Below are positions 37,499 through 49,788 of a stretch of DNA of 64,000 bases, one piece after another. Made by a program: the position numbers and the translations under genes. Each line of letters opens with the position of its first letter. The stretch's first letter is position 1. The notes beneath the pieces were generated by a model that was not told where the DNA came from, ran no database searches, and saw only the letters and a list, made by a program, of their open reading frames with translations. This stretch comes from Squalus acanthias. Its lineage: Eukaryota. Where the stretch lies: positions 80,230,001 through 80,294,000 of the forward strand of contig CM059432.1 in assembly GCA_030390025.1 (NCBI GenBank). Direction: 5' to 3'.

Positions 37499-38750
37499 TA
37501 CATAAGAACATAAGAAGTAAGAGCAGGAGTAGGCCATATGGCCCCTTGAGCCTGCTCCGCCATTCAATAAGATCATGGCTGATCATCGACCTCAACTCCA
37601 CTTTCCCGCCCGATCTCCATATCCCTTGATTCCCCTAGAGTCTATTTCAGCCTTGAATATACTCAATCACTCAGCATCCACAGCCCTGTGGGGCAGAGAA
37701 TTCCAAAGATTCACAACCCTCTGAGTGAAGAAATTCTTCCGCATCTCAGTCTTAAATGGCCTACCCCTTATCCTGAGACTATGCCACCTAGTTTGAGACA
37801 CTCCAGCCAGGGGAAACAACCTCTCAGCATCTACCCTATCAATCCCCTTCAGGATCTTGTATGTTTCAATGAGATCACCTCTCATTCTTCTAAACTCCAG
37901 AGAGTATAGGCCCATTCTACACAACCTATCATCATAGGACAGTCCTCTCATCCTAGGAATCAATCTAGTGAACCTTCGTTGCACCGCCTTCAAGGCAAGT
38001 ATATCCTTCCTTAGATAAGGAGACCAAAACTGTGCACAGTACTCCAGGTGTGGTCTTACCAAGGCCCTGTACAATTGTAGCAAGACTTCCTTACTCTTAT
38101 ACTCCAACCCCCTTGCAATAAAGACCAACATGCCATTTGCCTTCCTTACTGCTTGCTGTACCTGCATGCTAGCTTTCTGTGTTTCTTGCACAAGGACACC
38201 CAAATCTCTCTGAACACCAACATTTGAAAATTTCTCACCATTTAAAAAATATTCTGTTTTTCTATTCTTCCTACCAAAGTGAAAAACCTCACATTTCCCT
38301 ACATTATTCTCCATCTGCCACCTTACTGCCCACTCACTTAGTCTATCTATATCCCTTTGCAGACTCTTTGTGTTCTCCTCACAGCTTACTGTTCCACCTA
38401 GCTTTGTATCATCAGCAAACTTGGATACATTACATTCGGTCCCTTCATCTAGGTCATTAATATAGATTGTAAATAGCTGAGGCCCCAACACTGATCCTTG
38501 CGGCACCCCACTAGTTACAGCCTGCCAACCTGAAAAAGATCTGTTTATCCCTACTCTCTGTTTTCTGTCCATTTACCAATCCTCTATCCGTGCTACTATA
38601 TTACCCCCAACCCCATGAGCCTTCATCTTGTGTAATAACCTTTTATGTGGCACCTTATCGAATGCCTTTTGGAAATCCAAATATACTACATCCACTGGTT
38701 CCCCTTTATCTACCCTGCTAGTTACATCCTCAAAAATCTCTAATAAATTT
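37499..38750 (-). mobile_element. CR1 LINE 3' fragment
   Basis: 301-aa RT ORF 37667-38572 ([17 protein letters not shown]); TTCTTATG tail. Confidence 0.92.
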
Positions 38751-38994
38751 GTACACAGAATACATGCTCTGTAATCAGAAGAACAATCTATTTATCTTTC
38801 CCTTTGGACTTTTATTTTGTCCCATGTGGCAAAAGCAAAAAGCATTCACTATTGTCTCCATTTATGGCTCAGTTGAGATGAAGAGTAATTATCCTGCTGC
38901 CACCTTCAGATCCATTGACACATTAACAGCCCTCCACAGACAAAATCAGGTTCCATCATCACACACACAAATCACTAATGTTTTAATTCATTTT

Positions 38995-40425
38995 AATTGG
39001 ATAAATTGGTGGAAGTGGAGAATGTCACAGTTGGGGAGCATCTAGGGAATGGTGATCAAAGCATCAGAAGGTTTAGATTAGTTATGGAGAAGGACAAGGA
39101 GCAATCTAGAATAAAAATATTTAACTGGAGGAGGGCTAATTTCAGCGAATTGAGGAGGGATCTAGCCCGGGTAAATTGGAGTCAAAGACTGGCAGGCAGA
39201 AATGTAATGAAGAAATAGGCGGCCTTTAAAGAGGAGGTGGTTCGGGTATAGTCGAGGTACATTCCCACAAGGGGGAAAGGGGGTGCAACCAAAGCCAGAG
39301 CCCCCTGGATGCTGAAAAAGTTTGAGAGTAAGATGAAGCAGAAAAAGGAGACGAATGACAGATGTGAGCTTGATAATACAAGGGAGAATCAGAATATAAA
39401 AAGTACAGAGGAGAAGTGCAAAAGGAAATAAGAGGAGCAAAGAGACAGTGTGAGAATAGTTTGGTGGCTAAGATAAAAGGGAATCAAAAGGTCTTCTATA
39501 AGCATATTAACAGTAAAAGGGTTGTCAGAGGAGCGTTGGGGCTGATTTGGAAGTGCAGTAAACAGTGAGGAAGATAATTAGACTTCAACAAACACAGACA
39601 GGCTGGTGGAATGGGCGGACACATGGCAGATGAAATTCAATGCAGAAAAGTGTGAAGTGATACATTTTGGTAGGAAGAATGAGGAGAGACAATACATGCT
39701 AAATGGTACAATTTTAAAGGGGTGAAGAAGAGTGAGATCTGGGAGTGTTTGTACACAAATCTTTGAAGGTGGCAGGGCAGGTTAACAAAGCAGTTAATAA
39801 AGCATATGGATCCTGGGCTTTTTAAATAGAGACACAGAGTACAAAAGCCAGGAAGTTATGCTAAACCTTTATAAAACACTAGTTCGGCCCCAGCTGGAGT
39901 ATTGTGTCCAATTCTGGGCACCATACTTTAGGAAGGACCAGAAGATTTAGAAGAGATTTACTGGCATGGTTCCAGGGATGAGGGATTACAGTTACGTGGA
40001 TACACTGGAGAAGCTGGGGTTGTTCTCCTTGGAGCAGAGAAGGTTAAAAGAAAATTTGATAGAGGTATTTTAAATCATGAAGGGTTTAGATAGAGTAAAT
40101 AAAGAAAAACTGTTTCCAATGGCTGAAGGGTCAATAATCAGAGGGCACAGATTTAAGGTGATTGGCAAAAGAACCAGAGGCGACATGAGGAAAAACTTTT
40201 TTACGCAACGGGTGTTTAGGTTTTGGAATGCACTGCCTGATAGGGCGGTGGATACAGATTTAATAGTAACCTTCAAAAGGGAATTGGATAAATACTTGAA
40301 AGAGAAAAATTGTAGGGATATGGGGAAAGAGTGGAGGAGTGGGACTAACTGGATTGCTCTTCAAAAGAGCTGGCGCAGACTTGACGGGCCGAATGGCCTC
40401 CTTCTGTGCTGTACTATGATTCTAA
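38995..40425 (+). mobile_element. CR1 LINE ORF2 fragment with large internal deletion
   Basis: End of APE (HLGNGD), then a jump near 39550 to the RT C-terminus and 3'UTR. Confidence 0.8.
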
Positions 40426-40588
40426 ATAGAATATCTTATACTATGAAACATATTTTCAGCTTCTCAAAGCCTAAGTTTTGAGATTTGTCTCCCACCTCTA
40501 ACATGGACATTAGGATCCAGGAGGCAGAGGAAAATCAGTAAGCAAAGTGTTTAGAACTTTTTTTTAACGCAATTTTATAGAATATATT

Positions 40589-41373
40589 GGCCCGGATATT
40601 ATGGTCAGTGGCAAAGGGACAGCTCTCGCTGCTGACCTTGAAAAAAGCTGCTCACAAAAATTTAGCAGGCTCTAGAGCGTTGATTTCCGATTTCCCCTAT
40701 TCCGACATGACTTTGAATTTGGCGCCATCTATAGGGGATCTGTGGTGTCCAGTAACAGCGAAGTCATCAAGCAGGCTCATCAGCCAAGCAGATTGAAGAA
40801 TTCTCACAGTCAGCAAACCAGGAAGTAAAAAGCACGGATTATAATTCACTTATTAATCGTTTTACAGAAAGTGAAATAAAGATTGGGACATACACATGGA
40901 ATTAAGGTAGAAACTGAAATATCATAAACAAACTTTAAAAGAATAAAATAAAAATTATTTTTTATTATTTTAAAAATCATGGATTTTTGAAATGTTATTC
41001 TGAGAGAATGACGCTCCACACATATGTAATTAGCTTTTCAGGGCCAGAGAGGTTGTTCAGGAGTAATTATGACTTAGTACGCTGTTAAAAACTCAGTTGC
41101 ACCTCATCCAACAAGCTTTAACATTTTCAATGCTTTTTACAGCGTGAATAGTGTGTAAAAAATTGACGTTCATGTGAAATCACAGATTCTGTGTTGATTG
41201 CATCTGCAAAGACTGCAACAGCGCACCCTGTGGAGGAGCAGGGTATCACTGACAGCAACTTCCAATTTCTGCGTTTAACTGCGGATGTGTGGATGCCAGA
41301 AGTTGCTGTCAGTTTTTCACAATAATGGTGACGCTGACAGATTCACCGTCATTACAACTGCAAATTCTGGACT
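40589..41373 (+). mobile_element. Harbinger-type MITE, family B copy 3
   Basis: Ends GGCCCGGATATT / GCAAATTCTGGACT, flanks ATT/GTT; colinear with 8419-9150. Confidence 0.75.
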
Positions 41374-41474
41374 GTTAAGATTAGATAGAACTAATAAATG
41401 TTGAAGTAACTTGTACAATGGGGATAAGAGAATGGGGAAAATGGGAAAACGGTGTAAAGGATGTAAACTTTTTT

Positions 41475-42203
41475 GGGGAAAAATTCAGCTGCTTGCGCCT
41501 CCCGTTAGCGCCTTAAGAGGGCGCTAATGGGGCGTAAAGCAGCTAACGCCCGGGCGCAGCGCCGCCCACGCCTCCCGAAAAATTTAGTGGGAGGTTAGCG
41601 GCGGCGGCAGCCGGTAGCGCCCTGTGGCGCTGCGCCGCCGGCGATGATGTCATCGCCGTGCGCAGCACCCCGCTTGCGCCCGGCCGTGATCTTCAGTCGC
41701 GCCCCCTGATTTACCGCCAGACGCTATGTCCGACGGGTTCAGGGAGGCGTACGTGCGGCCGGGGCGGCGATATTTAAAGCGGAGGTGGCAGGCGGCCATT
41801 TTTGTTGCTGGCCGCCTGCCAGCACCTGTCCCCGGCCCCCGTGAAGCCCCCCCACCGTGAAGTGCCGGCTGCGCTCCAAGAGCCCGGCACTTCTCTTGAG
41901 TGCCGGGCTCTTTTGCCGGCACTCCCGATCCCTGGGGGCCCAGCTGGGCCCCGGTTCGCGCTGCGCAGGGTCCCTCCCCTTTAAGAAGGGGAGGAAGACC
42001 TGCAATACCGCGGCACGTAGCGCCAGGATATTCACTCGCAGCGCCCCAAGAGGGATGCGGGGTGCTTCCAGTTGCGCCCCGCTTCCCTCTTGGGGCGCAA
42101 CCACTGAAGTTCCGGTGCGGGGCCGCTAATTTTTTCGGGGCGCTAAAAGTCGCGCCCCGGCGAGGTTAGCGCCCCAAATGGGGCGCGACTCAATTTTTAC
42201 CCC
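41475..42203 (-). mobile_element. Harbinger-type MITE, family C copy 2 (CpG-rich, different interior)
   Basis: Ends GGGGAAAAATTCAG / CAATTTTTACCCC, TSD TTT. Confidence 0.85.
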
Positions 42204-42289
42204 TTTATCTTTATTCAAAATTGTCTTTAAGTGTTCATTTTAGCGGTTAAGTTTTCCATCAGGCCTGACTTGTACCATATGACCTCAGG

Positions 42290-43500
42290 GAGGCTGTGGA
42301 ACAGGACTAGAGAAAAACAACATTATCTCAAAGGTTGATCTAAGTAGCACCTGTAGTATTGTTGCCAAAAACTGATAAGTCCGTACAGATCTATGGGGAT
42401 TACAAAGTGAGAGTAAACCAGAGTGCAGAGGATAATCCTTACCTTTTACCACTATTAAGGATTTCTTTACAATAGTACTCAGAGGCACCAGAGTGAACTA
42501 CATTTGTCAAATGCTTACTAAGAGCTGGAGATAGTGATATCTCCAAGCAATATTTGGTCATCAGTACTCACTGGGGGACTCCATCAATATGGCAAATGGA
42601 ATATAATGTGGAGAAATGTGAAGTTATCCACTTTGGTAGGAAAAATAGAAAAGCAGAGTATTTTCTAAATGGTGAGAGATTGGGAAATGTTGGTGTTCAG
42701 AGGGACCTGGGTGTCCTTGTACACGAATCACAGAAAGTTAACATGCAGGTACAGCAAGCAATTAGGAAAGCAAATGGTATGTTGGCCTTTATTACAAGAG
42801 GATTTGAGTATAAGAGTAAAGATGTTTTAGTGCAATTATATAGGGCCCTGGTGAGACCACACCTGGAGTATTGTGTACAGTTTTGGTCTCCTTACCTAAG
42901 GAAGGATATACTTGACATAGAGCGAGTGGAACGAAGGTTCACCAGACTGGTTCCTGGGATGGGAGGATTGTCCTATGAGGAGAGATTGAGTAGACTAGGC
43001 CTATATTCTCTAGAGTTTAGAAGAATGAGAGGTGATCTCATTGAAACATACAAAATTCTTACAGGGCTTGACAGGGTAGATGCAAGGAGGATGTTTCCCC
43101 TGGCTGGGGAGTCTAGAACCAGGGGTCACAGTCTCAGAATAAGGGGTCGGCCATTTAGGACTGAGATGAGGAGAAATTTCTTCATTCAGAGGGTGGTGAA
43201 TCTTTGGAATTCTCTACCCCAGAGGACTGTGGAGGCTCAGTCACTGAGTATATTCAAGACAAAGATCGATAGATTTTTGGATATTAAGGGAATCAAGGGA
43301 TATGGGGATAGTGCAGGAAAGTGGAGATGAGGTAGAAGATCAGCCATGATCTTATTGAATGGCGGAGCAGGCTCAAAGGGCCAAATGGCCTACTCCTGCT
43401 CCTATTTCTTATGTTCTTATACCATATTCTGTTGTATGGAGTCTTGAGTGCGCCAGTAACATTTCAAACAGCCATGAATCAAATATTATAAGGTCTTAAC
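42290..43500 (+). mobile_element. Gypsy RT remnant split by a CR1
   Basis: PKTDKSVQIYGDYKVRVN...YLVISTHWG before the CR1 and YGVLSAPVTFQTAMNQIL after it. Confidence 0.7.
42588..43420 (+). mobile_element. CR1 LINE 3' fragment
   Basis: Open RT C-terminal ORF to 43330, 3'UTR and TTCTTATG tail. Confidence 0.92.
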
Positions 43501-44074
43501 CAAACGGTGTCTTTTCTCACTTACACTTAGTTTACAGCTATGGTTTAATATTGTACTTGCTTTTAGTTCAGTTTAAGCTCACTACTATCAGTATAGGGTT
43601 ACATCAATCAACATATTAAAACAATTTTGCAAAACCATCATGCAAGTCTGTCCACCACACGTGGCTAGTGGATTCCTTCACCCACGCTGCTATCTGTAGT
43701 GTTCTGCTTGGCATGGTTCCCAATGCTTGCACCAATGCCTGATGCTTAGAAAGCATCCTTTACTTTTAAAAGAGAAAAGTCTGCGAGATCCAAATCCCAG
43801 GCTCCTCCCTTCCTCATGTTGTGTCAGTGCACTCCCCTCTAGCTCTGTGGGATTGATAAATTTAAACAGGTTTTTGGGAGAGAGAGGCAGAGAGACAAAC
43901 AGAGACAGGGTGTGCTGTAAAGTGCCAGCATGACCAGACTTGGTGGGGCCTGGCTGGGTTTCCCGTGGCATCTAAAGAAAGAGACGAGGAACACAGATTC
44001 ATTTCCGATGAATGCCAGTGCTACTTACAGTGCTGATAGAGCACCCACCACAGGTGGAGGGGGGGTGGGGGGGA

Positions 44075-44212
44075 GGCAAGACGCCACAGTGGAGGGGTGG
44101 GGGCAAGACGCCGCAGCGTAAGTGTGCTGGGGAGGGGGGTGCAAGACGCCGCAGCGTAAGTGTTCAGGGGTGGGGGGGGGGGGGGGGTGCAAGACGCCGC
44201 AGCTTAAGTGTG
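44075..44212 (+). repeat. Imperfect tandem repeat GCAAGACGCCGCAGCGTAAGTG separated by G runs (4 units)
   Basis: Direct reading of the sequence. Confidence 0.85.
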
Positions 44213-45996
44213 CCTGCAGAAATGTAACAGCAGCTGTAAGTTTTTTTTTAAATGCCCACTTCCTGATTCTGCTAATTCTAGTAATGCAGTTAATTGTCAT
44301 GTGCTCAATTGCATTGCCAAAACCAGCTCTTTAAATTTTAATTCACCCCAAGGCCCCTTTGCACCTCAAGACCTCAGGGCGCACAGGCACCTCTTGTGCC
44401 CAGCTTTGCTAGGGTGGAAATAATGGGAAATATGTTGTGTGATGTATTTGCTTAATTTACAAGGCATCCTATCCTCTCCATTCTGGCAGAATTTTTGACA
44501 GGCTGTGAAAGGGACAGGGACTTGGCCTAACTGGACCCTGCTCCAAATTCTACCGCTGCCTATCCAGATGACTTCGTTTTCCATCCCCAGCCCCTGGATT
44601 TTGGGGACTTGGTTTTCACAGCAAAATGGACCGAATTGCAGAATGTGGTCTCCAAAACATTGGTAAAACTCCTGGAATCCCAGGTGAGGAAAATGGAGTT
44701 TAAATTACTCAGTCAGCTCTCAGTACCAGGTACTTCTCCCAAGCATTATGGTGTGCAGCAAAACTCATGATAAAATGTGTAAGCACCTTCTTCCTGACCA
44801 CAACATGAGCCCGTGCTATACCCCATCGAACACTGGTTCCACCAGAAGGAGGTGTGGAGCTTCAGCAGTAGTTTCTTGCATCTCTGTTACACATTTGCAT
44901 ATATGCAGTGAACCATGGATATGTGAGCATGTGTTGACATACCTAGCTTCCACATAACACTTTATACCATCTGTTATCTCAAGCAGCAGAACTTAACCTG
45001 TTATATGATGGACACATGCCTTCTGTAGATGGAAGGACCAATGTAGCTTCTAATGTACCAGCACCATAATGATCTAGATGACCAAGTTCAGTGTTCTGTA
45101 TCAGGCTTAGTTGCCACCAATTACTTACTGCAGGTCCTCATGCTTTGGCAAAGATACCTGCCTGTCATGAGGCTGGCTTCCCTTGAGGGTGTTGGTTGAC
45201 AGGTTAGTGTAAGCCAGAGCCCTTTTTCCCTGCAACTGTTTTGTCACAAATTAGCCTTACAGCATGCTCCTGGATCTAAAACATGGTCTGAAGGAAACCC
45301 TTCTGTTACATGCCTGGGAGCATCAAACCGTGAAGGAGAAATCTTTAGATATACATATGCTACAGGTGTAACCTTTATTGAGTCATTGAAGACAAGAGTG
45401 CCCTTTGCCCCTTCTAAGCATGATTCTGGAAGAACTATGTCCAAGCCAAAATTGCCCAGGTATTGATATGAAATGACAATGCCATGCAGAGACATAGCAC
45501 CTCACTCGGAGACACTTACTATTATATTCTAATGCTTAGTGGTATGTTCAAATACCAATACACTGTACTGTATAACAATTTTTTTTGTTGTTGAAAAAGT
45601 ATATATATCTTGGGGACATTATTATGCGATGGAGCAGGTGTGTGATGAAGCAAAGTTGATTGGCACTATCCAACCTATATTAATATCTAGCATTCTAATC
45701 TTTCTCCCAATATTTTTGCTGCTTCTCACCTCATCTCTCAAAATTGATGATTCATGTTGGAGTATATTTCACAGGCACCAGCAGCCCTCCAATACCTTCC
45801 CTAAGTAGTCATTCTTTAATGTATGAGTACAGATTAGAAGGCAGAAGCCTAATTAACGATGAGGTGGATGGGGCAACATAGCCAACTGATCCCATCTTCA
45901 TACTTGCGTTTTGCAATAAGGTGACTGAAAAATGATCAGATTTAGCTTATTTTATTTCCCTTAGTCTTTGGAGCACCCTTACCATTATCCTACCTG

Positions 45997-46102
45997 TTCG
46001 TCAGAACTGATGAAAGGTCATCGACCTGAAACATTAACTCTGTTTCTCTCTCCACAGATGCTGCCTGACCTGCTGAGTATTTCCAGCATTTTCTGTTTTT
46101 AT
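45997..46102 (+). mobile_element. Penelope pLTR fragment with hammerhead core
   Basis: CTGATGA..GGTCATCGACC.GAAAC; begins with the inverted piece TTCGTCAGAACT. Confidence 0.75.
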
Positions 46103-47383
46103 TTAGGACTTTCTATGCACTGGTCTGTATTTACCCATAGAGCCATCAATCCTCTAACAGACTGCTATTGCTGTTGCTATTGTTAATGTTAAATAAGTGA
46201 AGGATGTTTGCAAAATTAGGAGAAAACTATATTAAATGTGTATGAAAGAAAATTAAATGGGAGATATGAGAGCAAATAACTTACCAACCAAAAATATGTA
46301 AATGCAAATAAAAATCAGTAAGAGCAGTCAAGAGAGGAGATTAGATATGGAAAAAATATAATGCATTGTAGCATAGAGGGAAATTTTAACATTGAGGAGG
46401 GTGTGGATTTAGATGTGGGTGGGAGGTTAAAGTCGTGGAAAATGTCAGCACGTCTGGAATCTGGCTCCAACGCTCTGACTTCCGGGTTTAACTCGTGCGC
46501 ATTCGACAGCATGTGTGTAACCCCCACCGGAGAGGTGGGTTAGTGATTTGAATATTTAAATCAGTGAACTGCAGCGATATTTTAACCGGCATTTAAATTT
46601 AACCCCACATGGGTTTCCTGGGCTTCCTGAAACTCATCATTGAAACCAAGACGAGAAGAGAACGCAATTCATGGGGCTCCTTAAAAGTCAGGCAAATACA
46701 GTAATAAATAATCAGTGCTCGCAGATGTTTTCTTACCTCCCACTGGGAAAGGTTTTGTTTAGAGTATTTGTGGTGGGAGGCTAATTTCTGCCTTAGCTGA
46801 ATGGCACACTTTTCTTGAAGATGGTTGTAATATCTGAGAAACAGTAAATAGATGCTGGGGCATCCAGGTTGAGGTGATCCTCTGCTATAAAGGTGTTTCT
46901 CAATGACGTCAACAGCCATGGTTGCAGAGGACGACCCTATTCTCCTAAGAGCCATCCATCAAGGTTTCTTCTAATAATGCGGGTACCTTGGAGTGCCTCA
47001 CAATGAAGGCATCATGGCTGCTAGATGTGCACAATGATGTTTTGGTGGTCAGATGCCATTTGAACAGTGAGTGCAAACTCATTCTATTCACGAAAGCCAT
47101 CAGACTGATTTGAAGAGCCCTGTTATTTATATGGGTATCATGTGCAACACTTTACACTCAAGGACTAGAGTCCTGGCGGATCATATAACTAGGGCTGTAG
47201 AGAGGGCTTCAAACTAACTAGTGGAGGGGAGGTTCCTAGAGAGCAAATAATAAAAATGACAACAGAGAAGGTCATAGACTTAGGTAGCAGTGGGGAAATT
47301 AAAAACCAGAGTGTGTCAGGAAGGGGCAGAAGGTATGGAGTAAAAGGTAAAGTAATAAAAAGGGCAAAAGCAGGAACTAAAGT

Positions 47384-47876
47384 TCTTAAAGGGGATGGTT
47401 AATCTTGCTTTCCATCCACATCCTGTTCATTGCAGCCTTGAATCTCGGCCTGGAGAGACTTGCACATCAAATGTGCTGGAAAGAACAATGGAGAGTACCA
47501 GGCAAAGAGCTCAGAGTGCAGCTCCCACAGTCTCTGCTAAATCGATACAAGGAATGGCAAATCAAAATGAACCTGCAAAGTGCTGCTCAGTACCCAACAC
47601 TCCTTCACACAATGTTGAATCTCTCCAGAAGTCTCTCCCTCTCTCTCTCAGAATGCGTAGTTCAAAAATGCCACCAACAATAAAAGACAGGAAGAGGCCC
47701 CCTTTAAATAGCGCCCCCCCCAGCCCCACAGTGATTGATAGCGTTCCAGTCTTCTGGTCGTTGGATGCGCCAGGCGGTAAGGCAGGGGGCGCCACTCAAT
47801 TTCCGCTCCGGGGCGCCACAAGGGCGTTGCACCATGGAATGATGTCACAATCTGCGCGCGCAGGTGGTCGCAGCGG
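47384..47876 (+). mobile_element. TIR-less internal segment of MITE family C inserted in CR1
   Basis: Colinear with about 21218-21672; flanked by TAAAGT on both sides. Confidence 0.8.
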
Positions 47877-48906
47877 TAAAGTGTCACAAAACATATTTGA
47901 AAGTTCTCTATCTGAATGCACGTAGCATTCGTAACAAAATAGACGAGTTAATGGCACAAATAACTACATATGGGTATGATCTTGTGGCCATTACAGAAAC
48001 ATGGCTGCAGGGTGACAATGCCTGGGAATTAAACATACCAGGTTATTTAACGATCAGGAAGGACAGGCAGGAAGGAAGGGGAGGTGGGGTGGCTATGTTA
48101 ATAAAGGAAGGAATCACTGTAATACAGAGAAATGATATTGGGTCAAAAGATCAGGATAATGAAACAGTTTGGGTGGAGATAAGGAATAATAAGGGGGAAA
48201 AAAAACGAGTGGGTGTAGTCTATAGGCCTCTGAACAGTTGCAACTCTGTTGGACGGAGTATCAATCAGGAAATAGTTGAGGCTTGTAATAAGGGAACAGC
48301 TATAATTATGGGGGATTTTAACTATCATATTAATTGGACAAATCAAATTGGGCAGGGCTGCCTTGAGGATGAGTTCATTGAGTGTGTTAGGGAAGGGTTT
48401 CTTGAGCAGTATGTAACTGAACCGACCAGGGGGCAAGCAACCTTACATCTGGTCCTGTGTAACGAGACAGGATTAATTAAAAATGTCCTAGTAAAGGATC
48501 CCCTTGGAATGAGTGACCATAACATGGTTGAATTCCATATTCAATTAGAGGGTGAGAAGGTTGGATCTCAAACAAGCGTGCTAAGCTTGAATAAAGGAGA
48601 CTATGAAGGTATGCGAGCAGAATTGAGTAGAGTGGATTGGGAAAATAGATTAAAGGGTAAGACGATACATGATCAGTGGTGTACATTTAAGGAGTTATTT
48701 TACAACTTCCAAAAAAAAAATATTCCACTGAGAAGAAAAGGGTGTAAAAGAAAAGACAGTCATCTGTGGCTAAGTAAAGAAATTAAGGATAGTATTCGAC
48801 TAAAAACAAGATTTATAAGGTAGCCAAATCTAGTGGGAGGATAGAGGATTGGGAAAACTTTAAAAGACAGCAAAAAATAACAAAAAGATTGATTAAGAAA
48901 GGGAAG

Positions 48907-49717
48907 TGATTAAGAAGGCAAATGGAATGTTGGCTTTCATTGCTAGGGGGATAGAATATAAAAATAGGGAGGTATTGCTTCAGTTGTACAAGGTACAAGG
49001 TATTGGTGAGACCGCACCTGGAATACTGCATACAGTTTTGGTGTCCTTACTTAAGGAAAGACATCCTTGCTCTCGAGGCAGTGCAAAAAAGGTTCACTCG
49101 GTTAATCCCGGGGATGAGGGGGTGGTCATATGAGGAGAGGTTGGGTAGATTGGGACTCTACTCATTGGAGTTCAGAAGAATGAGAGGCGATCTTATTGAA
49201 ACATATAAGATTGTGAAGGGGTTGGATCGGGTGGATGCGGGGAGGATGTTCCCGATGACGGGTGAGACGAGAACTAGGGGACATAGTCTTAGAATAAGGG
49301 GCTGCTCTTTCAAAACTGAGATGAGGAGGAACTACTTCACTCAGAGGGTGGTAGGTCCATGGAATATGCTGCCACAAAAAGCTGTAGAAGCTACAACATT
49401 AATTAAATTTAAAACAGAAATAGACAGTTTCCTAGAAGTAAAGGGCATTAAGGGTTACGGGGAGCGGGCAGGAATTTGGACATGAGTCTAGGTTCGGTTC
49501 GGTCATGGCCCTGTGGGTAGTGGAGCGGGCCCAGGGACTGTGTAGCCTGATTCTGCTCCTATTTCGTGTGTGCAATTCTGTTAGATGCAGGAGATGGTTC
49601 TGTGATAGATAGTAGATTGGCGGTTAGGATCAGATCAGCCATGATCTTATTGAATGGCGGAGCAGGCTCGAGGGGCCGATTGGCCTACTCCTGCTCCTAT
49701 TTCTTATGTTCTTATGT
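48907..49717 (+). mobile_element. CR1 3' fragment nested in a copy of its own subfamily
   Basis: Near-identical to 50939-51737; host ORF2 resumes at 49718 (YESKLA). Confidence 0.9.
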
Positions 49718-49788
49718 TATGAAAGTAAATTAGCAAAAAATATAAAAACAGATAGTAAGAGTTTTATAGTTATATAAAAAGAAAAAGG

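Noticed and set aside
41475..42203. CpG island / gene promoter with several overlapping ORFs
   Set aside because: The CpG-rich block is exactly bounded by MITE TIRs and a TSD; the ORFs are GC-content artefacts.
44075..44212. CRISPR-like repeat-spacer array
   Set aside because: Eukaryotic context, the spacers are just G runs, and there are no cas genes.
45244..45495. 83-aa ORF in apparently unique sequence
   Set aside because: No recognisable motif or splice context.
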